Below are positions 1 through 11,317 of a stretch of 64,000 nt of DNA, one piece after another (the first letter of the stretch is position 1; every line of letters begins with the position of its first letter). The position numbers and the translations under genes were made by a program. Under the pieces are notes generated by a model. The model had not been told where the DNA came from, searched no databases, and worked only from the letters and a program-made list of their open reading frames with translations. Source of the DNA: Streptomyces virus Yaboi. Taxonomy: Duplodnaviria; Heunggongvirae; Uroviricota; Caudoviricetes. The stretch spans positions 57,808 to 121,807 of the IMG/VR virus record IMGVR_UViG_2974625447_000001. The stretch is one strand, 5' to 3'.

Positions 1-103
1 TTACAACGCACGTAAGAACTACTACATCAACGTTCTCGTTGATCGTGGCGATGGCAATGAGCCAGAGGTTTATGTTCTAAGTCGTGGTCTTAACTCTTCA
101 TTC

Positions 104-466
104 GTGGCTGACCTTATGGAAGAGACCGACGAAGAGGGTTCCATCACTGAGAAGACGTACAAGCTTACTCGTCGTGGTACTGGAACTGACTCCACTTACT
201 CAATTCGAGAGGTGAAGAACGACACTACTTTCGATGCCGTTGATTTCGACAAGCTAGAGATCTTCGACATTGAGGGCCAGGTTCTTCGTAAGATTCCTTA
301 CGAGACCGACTACGAGAATCGCGTATTCAGTCAGGAGCAGTTCTACACTCAGCGTCCTGGTGACTGGAAGCGAATCTTCGCTAACGATGACGATGACACT
401 CAGTCATCCTCAACTTCTACTCAGAAGACCGAGGACGCTGCCACTTCAATTGAAGTCGGCTGGTAA
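104..466 (+). CDS. hypothetical acidic protein
   Basis: 120-aa ORF with ATG start; acidic Ser/Thr-rich C-terminus; followed by GC hairpin terminator at 483-505. Confidence 0.4.
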   Translation: MADLMEETDEEGSITEKTYKLTRRGTGTDSTYSIREVKNDTTFDAVDFDKLEIFDIEGQVLRKIPYETDYENRVFSQEQFYTQRPGDWKRIFANDDDDTQSSSTSTQKTEDAATSIEVGW

Positions 467-506
467 TAAACTTTGTGAGACGGCCCCCGCAAGGGGGCCT
501 TCTTGC

Positions 507-535
507 TTGACAGGCCCGAACAGGGCTGATAGTGT
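507..535 (+). promoter_or_regulatory. sigma-70-like promoter TTGACA-N17-TAGTGT
   Basis: cTTGACAggcccgaacagggctgaTAGTGTagacc upstream of dnaE, after terminator 483-505. Confidence 0.5.
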
Positions 536-561
536 AGACCTACACAACAAGAAAGGTAACC

Positions 562-3500
562 ATGAATATCACTGAGCTTCACCTTCATGATTACTACTCA
601 GCTCTAGATGGACTTAACTCACCAGACGAGTATATGGCTCGGGCGAGAGAGCTGGGGATGACACATCTTTCTCAGACTAATCACGGAACACTGGCAGGAC
701 ATCGAGACTTTCAGCGCGCGGCAAAGGATGCAGGCATTGTGCCTATCCTTGGTGTAGAAGCCTACATCTCCGAGACTGGACGTTTCGACAGGACTGCAAA
801 GAACAAGCGTACTGACGGCACCAGCGTTTACAATCACCTCATCATCCTTTCTCAGAATGAGACTGGCCTCAAGACCCTACAGACCATTAATGAAATTGCG
901 TGGCGCGAAGGATACTACTACAAGCCACGTATCGACATGGAAGTTCTTGAGGAGCACAATGACGGGCTGATTGTTCTCTCTGGCTGCCTCAATGGTCTCA
1001 TCTGCAAGGCCCTCGAAGCCGGTAATGCAGAGAAGGCAATTCAGATTGCTCAGAGATTCAAGAGCATTTTTGGAGAGCGATTCTTCATTGAGGTTCAGGC
1101 TCACAATCCGCTGGAAATGAATCAGGGACTCCTGCATATTGCAGACTCTCTCGATATTCGCCCGGTGGTAACGAGTGACTGTCACTATGCTCGTAAGGAA
1201 GACCTATGGATTGAAGAGGCAATGCTGATTCTCTCCACCAATCCTAAGAGCATCAAAGATGCCGAGTTCAACATGGCTAAGTCTCAGAAGATGGAAATCA
1301 TGGAGAGGTTTAATTACCTCTATCCTGACAGAACGATGACGTTCCAGGAGATTGAAATCTATCTGCGCTCCGCAGAGGAGCAGAGGAATGCATTTCTTGA
1401 GCAGGGTATTGATCGCACCGATATCATTACCAACACTAATCTAGTAGCGGACATGATCGGTGAGTATCCGTACCACTCTGGCCTTGATCTGCTTCCTAAG
1501 CCTAAGAACGAAGATCCACAGGCTTTGCTCGAAAAGAAGGCTCGTGCTGGTCTAAAGAATCTTGGACTCGACAACAAGAAGGAATACATCGAGCGTCTTG
1601 AGGAAGAACTCAGGATCATCAAGGAGAAGGACTTCTCTGTATACTTCTTGATTGTTGGAAACATGATCAAGTGGGCCAAGGATCAGAAGATTCGCGTTGG
1701 TCCCGGTCGTGGTTCTGCCGCTGGAAGCCTTGTGTGTTACGCACTGGGAATTACAGAAGTAGATCCGATCAAGTGGGGCCTGCTGTTTTTCCGCTTTATC
1801 GACATCGGCCGTGATGACTGGCCTGACATCGATGTTGACTTTGCTGACCGTGATCGTGATAAGGTCAAGCAGTACCTTCGTCGTCAGTACAAGCATGTGG
1901 CTGAGATTGCTACGATTAACAAGTTCCAGGGTAAGGCCGCTGTAAAGGCTGCTGCTCGTGTATTCCGAGTCCCGGTGGGAGAGGTCAACTCTGCTACTAA
2001 GGACGTAGATGCACCTGCCGATAAGCCAGACCTGTTCTTCGACCTCTTTGGTAAGTCAGAAAAGGGCAAGAAGTTCACCGAGAAATACCCAGAGGTTCTT
2101 GAGCTTGCTCATCACCTCAGTGGTCGCATTCAGTCAATGGGTAAGCACCCTGCTGGTATTGTGGTAGCTAAGGAAGAAATTTCTCGTTACGCTCCAATCG
2201 AAACGGCAAAGGACCCTAACGATGCGAATGCACCACGACTTCCTATCGTTGCGTATGACATGAATGAGGCTGCGGACATTGGGCTAATCAAGCTGGACGC
2301 CCTTGGTCTAAAGACTCTGACTGTTATCGATGACACCCTTGAGATGATCAAGGATCGCACTGGTAAGGAAATTGATCTGCACAAGATCAATCTGGAAGAC
2401 CGAAGTGTATATCAGATGCTTGCAGACGGCTACACTCTCGGTGTATTCCAGGCAGAGGGAAATACCTTCACCAAGTGGATTCTTGAGGCCGGTGCTAGTG
2501 AGTTCAACGATCTAGTTATTGGTACATCAATCGCCCGTCCTGGTCCACTCAACACTGTTGGTGTTAATTACAAGGCCAGGAAGAAGGGCAAGGAGAAGGT
2601 CGAGTATGACCACTTCATTATGAAGAGGCACACTGAGGAAACTCTTGGTCTCATCATTTATCAGGAGCAGGTCATGCTTGCGATGACTGAGCTTGCCGGA
2701 ATGTCAATGACAGAGGCAAACAAGGTTCGTAAGATCATCGGTAAGAAGCGCGACGCAAAGGAATTCGAGCAGTACAAGGACAAGTTCATTGAGGGAGCCA
2801 GCACAAAGGTTCATCGCGCGGTGGCTGAGAAGCTATGGCACGACTTTGAGCAGCACGCTGGATACTCATTCAACAAGTCTCACGCGGTTGTATACTCTAT
2901 GATCACGTACTGGACTGCTTGGTTGAAGAAGCATTATCCTCTGGAATTCATGTGCGCTCTGCTCAAGAATGAAAAGGATACAAGCAAGAAGACTTCAAAG
3001 CTGACCGACTATCTCATTGAGGCCAAGCGTCTGGGAATCAAGATTCTCCTCCCTCACGTAAACGCTTCTAAGGAGGAGTTCAGCATTGAGGAAAATGCCA
3101 TCAGGTTCGGCATCACCAACGTAAAGTACATTCGTGGAAACACGGGTAAGAGGCTTCTGGAGCATGCTCCGTATGCCAACTACGCCGAACTTGAAGCAAA
3201 GGTTATGGAGAAGGGCAGTGGAATGACTGTCCGAGTGCTTACAGCGCTTAATGCCGTTGGTGGGGCTGCCTTTGAGGACAATCCACGCAAGGGGAATGAG
3301 CGTGACAACTTCTACGAATATCTGATGATTCCTGCTTTCGGAACACAGAAGGTTCCTCCACGGGTTCAGAATCAGTTCCGGACCTTGGATGAATACTCTG
3401 CAAAGGGTGCCTTCCCAGTTCTTGCAATGGTTAAGGACGTTCGTAGGGGTGAAGGATGGGCTCGTGTAGAATTGGTTGACGAGACGGGTACGGCTGGCGT

Positions 3501-3882
3501 GTTCACCGATAAGGAAACTCCTATCGAAGCAGGCCAGATGTATGCTATCCTGGTATCTGACAACCGGGTCCACAGGTATGCTACGATGGATGAGTTGATC
3601 GGTAAGATCGACACCCCGTTTGTCGAGTATCTGTATGCGAAGGACTACAGTGATATTCCTGCGGGAATGTTCAAGGTCTTGAGCTTCATGCCATACAAGA
3701 CAAAGGCAGGAAAGATGATGGCCTATACGATCTTGGCAGACTCCGAAAAGAATCTGCTTCCGGTCATGGCCTTCCCGACTACATTCCACAAGGCTTACGG
3801 AAAGTGTAAGCCCGGTGCAGTGATCGATCCTGTATTGAAGCAGACCCAAGAGGGCTCATACTTCTACGACAACATTCTGTAA
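562..3882 (+). CDS. dnaE: DNA polymerase III alpha subunit (DnaE-type replicative polymerase)
   Basis: 1106-aa ORF; N-terminal PHP motif (LHLHDYYSALDG...HGTLAG); long pol III alpha core; RBS aagaaaggtaacc upstream. Confidence 0.9.
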   Translation: MNITELHLHDYYSALDGLNSPDEYMARARELGMTHLSQTNHGTLAGHRDFQRAAKDAGIVPILGVEAYISETGRFDRTAKNKRTDGTSVYNHLIILSQNETGLKTLQTINEIAWREGYYYKPRIDMEVLEEHNDGLIVLSGCLNGLICKALEAGNAEKAIQIAQRFKSIFGERFFIEVQAHNPLEMNQGLLHIADSLDIRPVVTSDCHYARKEDLWIEEAMLILSTNPKSIKDAEFNMAKSQKMEIMERFNYLYPDRTMTFQEIEIYLRSAEEQRNAFLEQGIDRTDIITNTNLVADMIGEYPYHSGLDLLPKPKNEDPQALLEKKARAGLKNLGLDNKKEYIERLEEELRIIKEKDFSVYFLIVGNMIKWAKDQKIRVGPGRGSAAGSLVCYALGITEVDPIKWGLLFFRFIDIGRDDWPDIDVDFADRDRDKVKQYLRRQYKHVAEIATINKFQGKAAVKAAARVFRVPVGEVNSATKDVDAPADKPDLFFDLFGKSEKGKKFTEKYPEVLELAHHLSGRIQSMGKHPAGIVVAKEEISRYAPIETAKDPNDANAPRLPIVAYDMNEAADIGLIKLDALGLKTLTVIDDTLEMIKDRTGKEIDLHKINLEDRSVYQMLADGYTLGVFQAEGNTFTKWILEAGASEFNDLVIGTSIARPGPLNTVGVNYKARKKGKEKVEYDHFIMKRHTEETLGLIIYQEQVMLAMTELAGMSMTEANKVRKIIGKKRDAKEFEQYKDKFIEGASTKVHRAVAEKLWHDFEQHAGYSFNKSHAVVYSMITYWTAWLKKHYPLEFMCALLKNEKDTSKKTSKLTDYLIEAKRLGIKILLPHVNASKEEFSIEENAIRFGITNVKYIRGNTGKRLLEHAPYANYAELEAKVMEKGSGMTVRVLTALNAVGGAAFEDNPRKGNERDNFYEYLMIPAFGTQKVPPRVQNQFRTLDEYSAKGAFPVLAMVKDVRRGEGWARVELVDETGTAGVFTDKETPIEAGQMYAILVSDNRVHRYATMDELIGKIDTPFVEYLYAKDYSDIPAGMFKVLSFMPYKTKAGKMMAYTILADSEKNLLPVMAFPTTFHKAYGKCKPGAVIDPVLKQTQEGSYFYDNIL

Positions 3883-4056
3883 GGAGCACAATGGAAGAAG
3901 CAGTTAAGGCGGAGGATCTTCTTCGCCTTCTGCTTCTCGCCAAGGGTAACATTGTTATCACGGCTGAGGAGCTAGAGAGGGCGGTCAATGATCGCACTCG
4001 TTATTCAGTGGGTCTAAGTCATGACCCGCTCAAGAAGGAATTTACATTTCACCTGA

Positions 4057-4416
4057 TTGGAAACGATGAACGACCTGTCAATGACTGACTATCAGCAGAT
4101 TGCTGCTGAAACTGCTATTTACAAGGGCGCTGGCGAAGCCACAACCGAGGCAATCAATTACACAATCCTCGGTCTAGCTGGAGAGGCTGGCGAATTGTGC
4201 AATAGCTTCAAGAAGGCTCTGCGGGACGACAATGGCGTTGTAACGGCCGAGCGGGCAGAGAATCTGGCGAAGGAGCTGGGAGACGTATTTTGGTACGTTG
4301 CCAACCTTGCTAATGAGCTTGGTTACCCTCTAGAGCTGATTGCCAAGCAAAACTTGCAGAAGCTAAAGTCTCGCCAAGCTCGTGGGGTTCTTTCAGGTAG
4401 TGGCGACAACCGCTAA
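4057..4416 (+). CDS. MazG-like nucleoside triphosphate pyrophosphohydrolase
   Basis: 119 aa; MazG helices (EAGEL...LGDVFWYVANLANELG). Confidence 0.7.
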   Translation: METMNDLSMTDYQQIAAETAIYKGAGEATTEAINYTILGLAGEAGELCNSFKKALRDDNGVVTAERAENLAKELGDVFWYVANLANELGYPLELIAKQNLQKLKSRQARGVLSGSGDNR

Positions 4417-4580
4417 GAGCTGATATACTGGCTTCATGAGCACAGAAGCATATTTCCTCCGGGGAGTCGAAGACGAACACCTATTGGTATTCCGAGGCGA
4501 CGATCCGGAGGAAATTTTGTTTATCATTAAGCGGTTGGCCGCCTGCCGCGATAAGAAAATAAAGGCAATGGCAGAAAAAC

Positions 4581-5612
4581 TTGAAGAGGAATGGAACCAA
4601 AGAGAATATGGAAATCGAAGAGGAGATCCTAGCAAAGCTAAGTCCCAAGGTGCTGGCACGGGCAAAGATGGGCTCAGAAGTAATTCTTCAAAAGCAGCCG
4701 ACTCCAAGCACCGGACTTAATGCTGCATTGCGTGGAGGTATCGGCTACGGCCGTCAAACCCTTATTTGGGGGAGCAAGTCAGCCGGTAAGTCAACGTTCT
4801 GCCTAGGAACACTAGGTCTTGCACAGGCAGCCGGTAAGAAGGTAGCATTTATCGACTCAGAGCAGTCCTTTGATCCATCTTGGGCTGAAAGACTGGGAGT
4901 CGATACAAGAAAGCTAATCTACACAGACGTTAAGACAATCGAAGATATGGTTGGGGCCGGTGTCGAGTTTATGAAGGCTGGCATCGATGTTGTAACCGTA
5001 GACTCTATTTCAGCACTTCTGTCATCTGCATACTTTGAGAAGGATAAGAAGGGTGATGAGCTAAAGGATCTTAGCGGTACAAAGCAGATCGGCTCAGAGG
5101 CTCGTGAACTTGCAAATGGTGTTAAGATGCTCAATTACGCCAACAGAAACACAGCTCTACTACTGATTTCTCAGGTGCGTAACAAGATCACTACCTATGG
5201 TGCAATGCATCAGGCGACAGGTGGTCATGCGGTAGACTTCTTTAGTTCTACAGTGATTAAGCTATGGTCATCTGCACGTGAAGCCGATCAGATTCAGGGA
5301 GAAGTCTTCAATGGAGACATGATCCTCAAGGAACCTATCGGGCGAGAAGTCACTTGGAGCATTGACAAGAACAAGCTAGGACCGCCTAACAAGACGGGTA
5401 GTTACAATCTATTCTACGATGGTTCCTTCATCGGAATTGACAATCTTGGTGAAGCAATTGACCTGGCTATCGCTCTGGGAATTGTAGAAAAGAAGGGTAA
5501 CTGGCTCTACTACGAAGACATTAAGGAAAACGGTAAGGCCGGATTCACAGCCGTTCTACGTGCTAACGATGAGCTTTCCACTAAGCTGATTGGCCAGGTG
5601 GAAAATGCGTAA
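4581..5612 (+). CDS. RecA-superfamily recombination ATPase (RadA/Sak4-like)
   Basis: Walker A GSKSAGKST; RecA-like core; true start may be 4608 (MEIEEE). Confidence 0.6.
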   Translation: MKRNGTKENMEIEEEILAKLSPKVLARAKMGSEVILQKQPTPSTGLNAALRGGIGYGRQTLIWGSKSAGKSTFCLGTLGLAQAAGKKVAFIDSEQSFDPSWAERLGVDTRKLIYTDVKTIEDMVGAGVEFMKAGIDVVTVDSISALLSSAYFEKDKKGDELKDLSGTKQIGSEARELANGVKMLNYANRNTALLLISQVRNKITTYGAMHQATGGHAVDFFSSTVIKLWSSAREADQIQGEVFNGDMILKEPIGREVTWSIDKNKLGPPNKTGSYNLFYDGSFIGIDNLGEAIDLAIALGIVEKKGNWLYYEDIKENGKAGFTAVLRANDELSTKLIGQVENA

Positions 5613-6829
5613 TCCTTTCGAAGACGCCCCGGCGCAGAAGAAGCCTGTAGAACCAGGGATTCTCATTGATGGAAGCTTCGCATGTATGACGTGTGGAGAA
5701 GTGGTGGACGAAGCAGAGTATTTGCCAGTCGATAAGATTCTCGGCTGGCTTTGCTCAGAAGGGCATAAGTCCTTGATTGAAAACTTTAATCTAGGAGCGT
5801 AGTGACAGAGCTAAACGAAATCAAGAGAGATGGCGGAAAGGCTCAAAAGAATTCCGGCCGAGGAAAGATTCAGAAGGGAGATGCAAAGCTAGGTCCCTTC
5901 TGTTATGACATCAAAGAGTATGCTAATTCCTTTAGTGTTTCTAAGGATGTCTGGGGAAAGGTTTGCACAGACGCCTTTCGGTCTGGTAGGATGGTACCGG
6001 CACTCAAACTAGTTCTGGGAACTGGTGATGCGAAGACCCGCGTATGGGTAATTGGGGACAACATGTTCCATGAGATGCTAGAAGCCTGGGAGGAAAAGTA
6101 TGGCGAAGCTAATCAGGATTGAGTATATCCGTCGTGACAATGGCGGATGGCTGGCGTACAAGAAGTACGACGACGGCAGCGAGTATGGCGGCCCGGTGGA
6201 AAAGCATGAAGTTGAAAGCATGATTGCAGAAATGTTTGAAGACTTTGGCGGACCACTCATGCCAACCGATCTAGTAAAGGAAGAAAATGAAGCTGATAAT
6301 CACAGTTCCTGAACAGGTATTTGAATACGAAATTCCAGAGGCGACAGCTAAGCGTTACAGAGAACTTCTTGCCCGCGAGCACGAAGACTGGGCAGAGGAA
6401 GATTTCTGGGACGCTTGGACTTCTGATACTTGGCCAGAGTCATATCTGGAGGTAATTGATGACGACTCCGAATGAAGAAAATCCTCTCATTCTTATTTCA
6501 AGGATTTCTGAGTTTCAGGAGATTCACGAATTCATGGAGGATGAAGATCTGGACAAGGCTCTGCATTATGTCATTAAGCTAATGATGAAGCCAGATGTTC
6601 AGAATCCGCTAAAGGCTCAGCAGCTCATCATTCAGCTACAAGCCTTTGCAGCTAAGTTCGCCATGCTGGCAACGATCTATTCCACAATCAAGAAGGATCG
6701 CGCCGGAACTCCGAACAACAACAAGAAGAACATCTACTACACAGCCGCAGCCGAACTGGATAAGGTTGTTCAGTCCTTGAAGTATTCATTCAAGACTCAA
6801 GTATGATACAATGATATTCGCTAAGAGAA

Positions 6830-7612
6830 ATGGATACTATGTCTACAGGACTAATCAAAACAGTACGGCTAGGGAAGAAGCTGTCTTTCGACACTAAGAA
6901 GTTTCTTTCTGTAATTGAGCAGGCTTATGTCAACTCAAGGCCGAAGAGTAGAGTTACCAAGAAGGTTTCCTTTTCTCCGTCTTCTGTAGGTTATGGTGCC
7001 GGTACTTGTCCAAGGTACTGGTACCTAGCTTTTACAGGTGGAGAATTCGTTGATACCTTCGACGGACTAAGTGTCGCCAATATGGCAAACGGTACAGCAG
7101 CTCACGACCGAATCGAAAAGCTTTTTGCTGACGCTGGTGTACTGGAAGAAGCAGAACGTGAAATCACCCATCAGAATCCCCCAATCAGGGGATTTGTTGA
7201 TGTTATCGTGAACTTTGAAGGAAAGCGTGTAGTCGGAGAGTTTAAGACAACTCGCCAGGAGTCTTACATTCATCGTGAGGCAAATGGAACGGCTATCGAT
7301 TACCACAAGGTTCAAGTCCTAATCTATATGCGTGTCCTCGGTCTTGATGAGGGATTTGTTCTTTACGAGAACAAGAACACGCAGGAGCTATTCCTTGTGC
7401 CAGTCATCATGGATGAGGCAAATACGGAATATACGGACTACATCTTCAATTGGATGAACGAGGTAAGAAGGCTTTGGGAAGAAGAGAAGCTTCCTACTCG
7501 TCCATTCAGTCAGAAGAATAAGGCATGCAAGTCATGCGCGCTATTCAATCTGTGTTGGAACGAATCTCCAGAAGGCGACATTACTTACCCACCATTGGAG
7601 GTGAAGAAGTAA
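6830..7612 (+). CDS. Cas4/RecB-like PD-(D/E)XK nuclease with Cys cluster
   Basis: GFVDVIV...GEFKTT (D...ExK) nuclease motifs; N-terminal Cys plus C-terminal CKSCALFNLC (Fe-S-like). Confidence 0.65.
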   Translation: MDTMSTGLIKTVRLGKKLSFDTKKFLSVIEQAYVNSRPKSRVTKKVSFSPSSVGYGAGTCPRYWYLAFTGGEFVDTFDGLSVANMANGTAAHDRIEKLFADAGVLEEAEREITHQNPPIRGFVDVIVNFEGKRVVGEFKTTRQESYIHREANGTAIDYHKVQVLIYMRVLGLDEGFVLYENKNTQELFLVPVIMDEANTEYTDYIFNWMNEVRRLWEEEKLPTRPFSQKNKACKSCALFNLCWNESPEGDITYPPLEVKK

Positions 7613-7874
7613 TTGATTTGCGCCTATGGAGAATGCGGCAACATGTTTGAGCCCAAGACTCATAATCAAAAGTTTTGCAGCTCAGCATGTTGCCGTAAGG
7701 CGACCAACGCACGAATTATGGAAAAGTATTATGCCAGACGTGATCGCAAACGAGGAAAATTGCGAACATGTTCTGAGTGCCCGACCGTTCTTTCCAGATA
7801 CAATAGCTCAGACAAGTGCGAGGGTTGTCATGGAAAGGCCCGGCGGGATGAGAGGGCCGAACTTTTGGAGTTGA

Positions 7875-8450
7875 TTGGTAGTGCCTCTTTCTGACCTTCA
7901 TAAAACGAAGGCTCAGAAGGTAATGGGTATCGACTGCTCAACCAAGTCAATTGCATTCACGATTTTTGACGGAGAAGATTTCTACAGATGTGGAGAGGTT
8001 AATTTCACCGGCTCAACAGTGTTCGAAAGAACCTATGACGCTCACGCAAAGACTTTAGCACTGTTTGAAGAATTTACTCCAGACTTCGTAGCAATCGAAG
8101 CGGCGATTATGGTTAGAAGCACATCAGTTGCCATCAAGATGGCATATGTTTTTGGAGCCGTGATTGCCGCGTTGCTTAGAAGGGGAGCGAAGGTTATTGA
8201 AGTTCCTCCTATGAGCTGGCAGTCATTTATCGGAAATAAGATATTGACCAAGGCTGAGAAGGATGCGATTAAGGCTGAGTTTCCTGGCAAGTCTGCAAGC
8301 TGGTATCAGAATAAAGGCAGGCAGATCAGGAAGCAGAGAACCATTACCTTTGCCAAAGACAAGTTTGGCATTGAGCTAGAAAGCGATAACGTGGCTGACT
8401 CACTTGGAATTGCGTGGTGGGCAGTCAAAAACAAGACTAGAAGGGATTAA
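7875..8450 (+). CDS. RuvC-like Holliday junction resolvase
   Basis: N-terminal MGIDCSTKSIAFTIF (RuvC motif I Asp); about 190 aa. Confidence 0.6.
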   Translation: MVVPLSDLHKTKAQKVMGIDCSTKSIAFTIFDGEDFYRCGEVNFTGSTVFERTYDAHAKTLALFEEFTPDFVAIEAAIMVRSTSVAIKMAYVFGAVIAALLRRGAKVIEVPPMSWQSFIGNKILTKAEKDAIKAEFPGKSASWYQNKGRQIRKQRTITFAKDKFGIELESDNVADSLGIAWWAVKNKTRRD

Positions 8451-8916
8451 CATGATAGTAGCGGGAACTGGACATAGAGATCTGAGGGACCGTGACTGGA
8501 TTGCTGCCCAAACTGAGAAGGCCCTCATCGATATGGGGGCCTCTCTTGTTTACGTAGGCATGGCGTCAGGTTTCGATCTGCTATTGGCGAAAACAGCTTG
8601 GGGTCTAGGCATCCCATTCATTGCTGCAAAGCCCTGGAGGGGCCACAAGCCTCGCAGAGTAGATGAGTATGACTACAGCCGAGCACTGCACTACGCAGAT
8701 GAGGTTGTCAATGTAACCAGTTATGATGATTACCCTGGTGCCTGGGTGTACGAGGAGCGCAACCGATTTATGGTTGACAACGCAGACGCTTATCTGGCAG
8801 TATTGGAAGCTGGCAGGACTGGCGGAACATACAACTGCGTCAAGTACGCATCTCGTAAGAATAAGCCAGGGATGATTATTGACCCATTGATGAAGGAGGT
8901 GACTCGCCTTGGCTAA
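8451..8916 (+). CDS. Rossmann-fold SLOG/DprA-LOG-like protein (tentative)
   Basis: MIVAGTGHRD...LEAGRTGGTYNCV; Gly-rich nucleotide-binding-like motifs; weak. Confidence 0.3.
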
Positions 8917-8934
8917 GCTTTATGAAAGCAGGGC

Positions 8935-9843
8935 TTGGTTGATGGAAAGATACAGAACAAGGACGGCGAAGCAAATTGCCGAAGAGTGCAGAGTGTCAGA
9001 AATGACGATCACTCGATGGCTAGCAAAGCACGGCATTCCAATCAGGAGAAGTCGATGAGATATAACTCTCGTGAAGAGGTAGAGCGTGCGGGGGTGCGTG
9101 GTGCAAAAAGTGAAACAGACCAGCGCGGCACTCGCTACTGGATGCTAGATAGCTTCTGGATGTACGCAGAAGACGATGACTACGCAATGACTCCTCATTT
9201 CAAAGAGGGCCGGTGCTATTGGGAGAGCTGGGTTACAGCTTACATATCTCAAAGAGTAGAGCCTGAATCAGTATTTGTGGACGTAGGTGCCAATGTCGGA
9301 TACTATTCTTTGTGGGCCGCCAATCATGGCTGCAATGTTTTTGCATATGAGCCCAATCACGATCTATTCATGAAGCTTTACAATTCCAAGAGACTGAATG
9401 GATTTGAGATTACTCAGGGCCATCAAGCGCTGGGGGACTCATGGGACCTTGAAGAGAGAACTCTTTACATTCCCAAGAATCACTCTGGCGGGGCGAATCT
9501 CTACGGAATTGATGGAGAGTACACAGAGCAGACTGTGTATGTACAGAGTTTCGATTCAGCGAATTTAATCCCGATGAATTATGATGGAACTGTGTACATG
9601 AAGATTGATGCGGAGGGTGCAGAACCAGAAATCTTCGCTGGAATGAAGTGGTGCTGGAGACAACTTCCAATGGTTCTATTCATGGAATGGGATCTGACGA
9701 GATATGATAGATCATTCGGTGAGAAGCTTGTTGACAGTGGAAAGGTTAGCCTGATAGAGTACGATGGTACAGCCAGAGAACTAGATCTTGATGGCCTGCT
9801 AGGATTGAAGGAACTACGAATGATTGTGGTGGAAAATGATTAA
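8935..9843 (+). CDS. FkbM-family methyltransferase
   Basis: VDVGANVGYYSLW SAM-binding motif typical of FkbM family; true start may be downstream (9056). Confidence 0.5.
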   Translation: MVDGKIQNKDGEANCRRVQSVRNDDHSMASKARHSNQEKSMRYNSREEVERAGVRGAKSETDQRGTRYWMLDSFWMYAEDDDYAMTPHFKEGRCYWESWVTAYISQRVEPESVFVDVGANVGYYSLWAANHGCNVFAYEPNHDLFMKLYNSKRLNGFEITQGHQALGDSWDLEERTLYIPKNHSGGANLYGIDGEYTEQTVYVQSFDSANLIPMNYDGTVYMKIDAEGAEPEIFAGMKWCWRQLPMVLFMEWDLTRYDRSFGEKLVDSGKVSLIEYDGTARELDLDGLLGLKELRMIVVEND

Positions 9844-10453
9844 AATCGGAATGACCGGTGCTCATGGCACTGGGAAAACATCAATGGCTCAGGCCATGAT
9901 AAACAGCCCGGCGTTTAAGGATTTCGTCCTTGTTCCTTCTACAGCTAGGCAAATCAATAGCTATGGTCTTCCCATTAATAGAGAGGCTACGGAACTAAGT
10001 CAAATCCTTGTTCCAATTCTCAGAATGGTAGACGAGCACGAAACAACGACAAATCCCCAGAACACTCTTTACAAGCATGGGATCATTTCTGATCGCACGC
10101 CTCTAGATTCTCTGGCATACACATTCTATCAGAATGAATATGTATGGGAAAATGGCGATCTAGTGGAAAACGTCGCCAGGCGTCTGACAGAAATGCACAT
10201 GAAGACTTATCACTTCGTTCTGTACTTCCCCATTTATTGGGAGATGGAAGAGGACGGTGTGAGAGACCCAGATGAGTCTTATCGAGTCAAGATTGATGAC
10301 TACATCATTCAGTGTCTAGAAATGCTCAACGTCCCATATCTGACTGTTCCAGATGTTAATGCTGATGATCGAGTGGAATGGTTCATCGAAGAGGTTCAGG
10401 CTCTTTATGCAGAGGCGGAGCGTCAAGCGCGGCGCTTCAATGGTCTGCTATAA
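9824..10453 (+). CDS. P-loop nucleoside/nucleotide kinase (dNK/NadR-like)
   Basis: IGMTGAHGTGKTS Walker A; ISDRTPLDSLAY resembles dNK ERS motif. Confidence 0.45.
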   Translation: MWWKMIKIGMTGAHGTGKTSMAQAMINSPAFKDFVLVPSTARQINSYGLPINREATELSQILVPILRMVDEHETTTNPQNTLYKHGIISDRTPLDSLAYTFYQNEYVWENGDLVENVARRLTEMHMKTYHFVLYFPIYWEMEEDGVRDPDESYRVKIDDYIIQCLEMLNVPYLTVPDVNADDRVEWFIEEVQALYAEAERQARRFNGLL

Positions 10454-10787
10454 TAATCTTGAAAGCGAGGAGATATGGGAACCCCTACTAAGAGACGTTC
10501 CAAGGTAAAGAACCCTGATTCATGGTGGCAGCAAGCCTACCTTGGAATTGACTATATCGTTCCCGCGTACGAGTTTGAACTTGACGGAGAAACCATTCTT
10601 CCGAAGGCTCTGATCAAGTTCAAGAACACGCGAGGCGTTTACAAGTTTCGATGCGTAGCCACGAACATCAAGACTGGCAAGACCTGGATTGACTGCATTA
10701 ATGTAGACACAGGTGAATGGAAGTCATTCTATGTGGAAAAGCTTAAGGGACTAGTAAAGCCTAAGCACCCACGTAGAAGGAGAAAGG

Positions 10788-11312
10788 TTGCCTAAAGAAC
10801 TAGAGCAGATCGACCGAATAGAAAGAATGAATGAGGTCGTCACTGCATATCTAAAGGGCGACAATCCTACACAGATTGCCAAGATCACTGGGCTTAAGCG
10901 CGCCGAGGTGCTTGAATACATTGAAGAGTGGCGAGTCGTCGCTCAGAATAACAAGACAATTCAGGCGCGAGCTACAGAAGCATTGACTTCCATGGATGAA
11001 CATTACAACATGATCATCCGAGAATTGTGGGAGACAATGGAGCAGGCAGACCTAAACAACGATTTTAAGCTAAAGGCTACCGTTCTAAAGTCTCTTGCAG
11101 ATGTAGAAGGAAAGCGAGTTGACCTTTTGCAAAAGGCCGGGTTGCTGGATAATCAGCAAATCGGAGATGAGGTTATTGAAATGGAGAAGAAACACGAGAT
11201 TCTTATCGGAATTCTCCGCGAGGTAACTTCTGATTGTCCTCACTGCAAGGTGGAGGTCGCCCGAAGGCTTTCCAGCGTAACTGGCAAAACGGAGACTATT
11301 GTCGTTCCCTGA
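10788..11312 (+). CDS. HTH protein, possible terminase small subunit
   Basis: NPTQIAKITGLKRAEVLEYIEEW helix-turn-helix; sits immediately upstream of terminase large subunit. Confidence 0.35.
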   Translation: MPKELEQIDRIERMNEVVTAYLKGDNPTQIAKITGLKRAEVLEYIEEWRVVAQNNKTIQARATEALTSMDEHYNMIIRELWETMEQADLNNDFKLKATVLKSLADVEGKRVDLLQKAGLLDNQQIGDEVIEMEKKHEILIGILREVTSDCPHCKVEVARRLSSVTGKTETIVVP

Positions 11313-11317
11313 TCAAT

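Noticed and set aside
2995-3849. 284-aa minus-strand ORF inside dnaE and similar antisense ORFs (619-837, 877-1185, 1359-1896)
   Set aside because: Fully embedded antisense to a highly credible 1106-aa pol III alpha gene; Cys/Arg-rich nonsense composition
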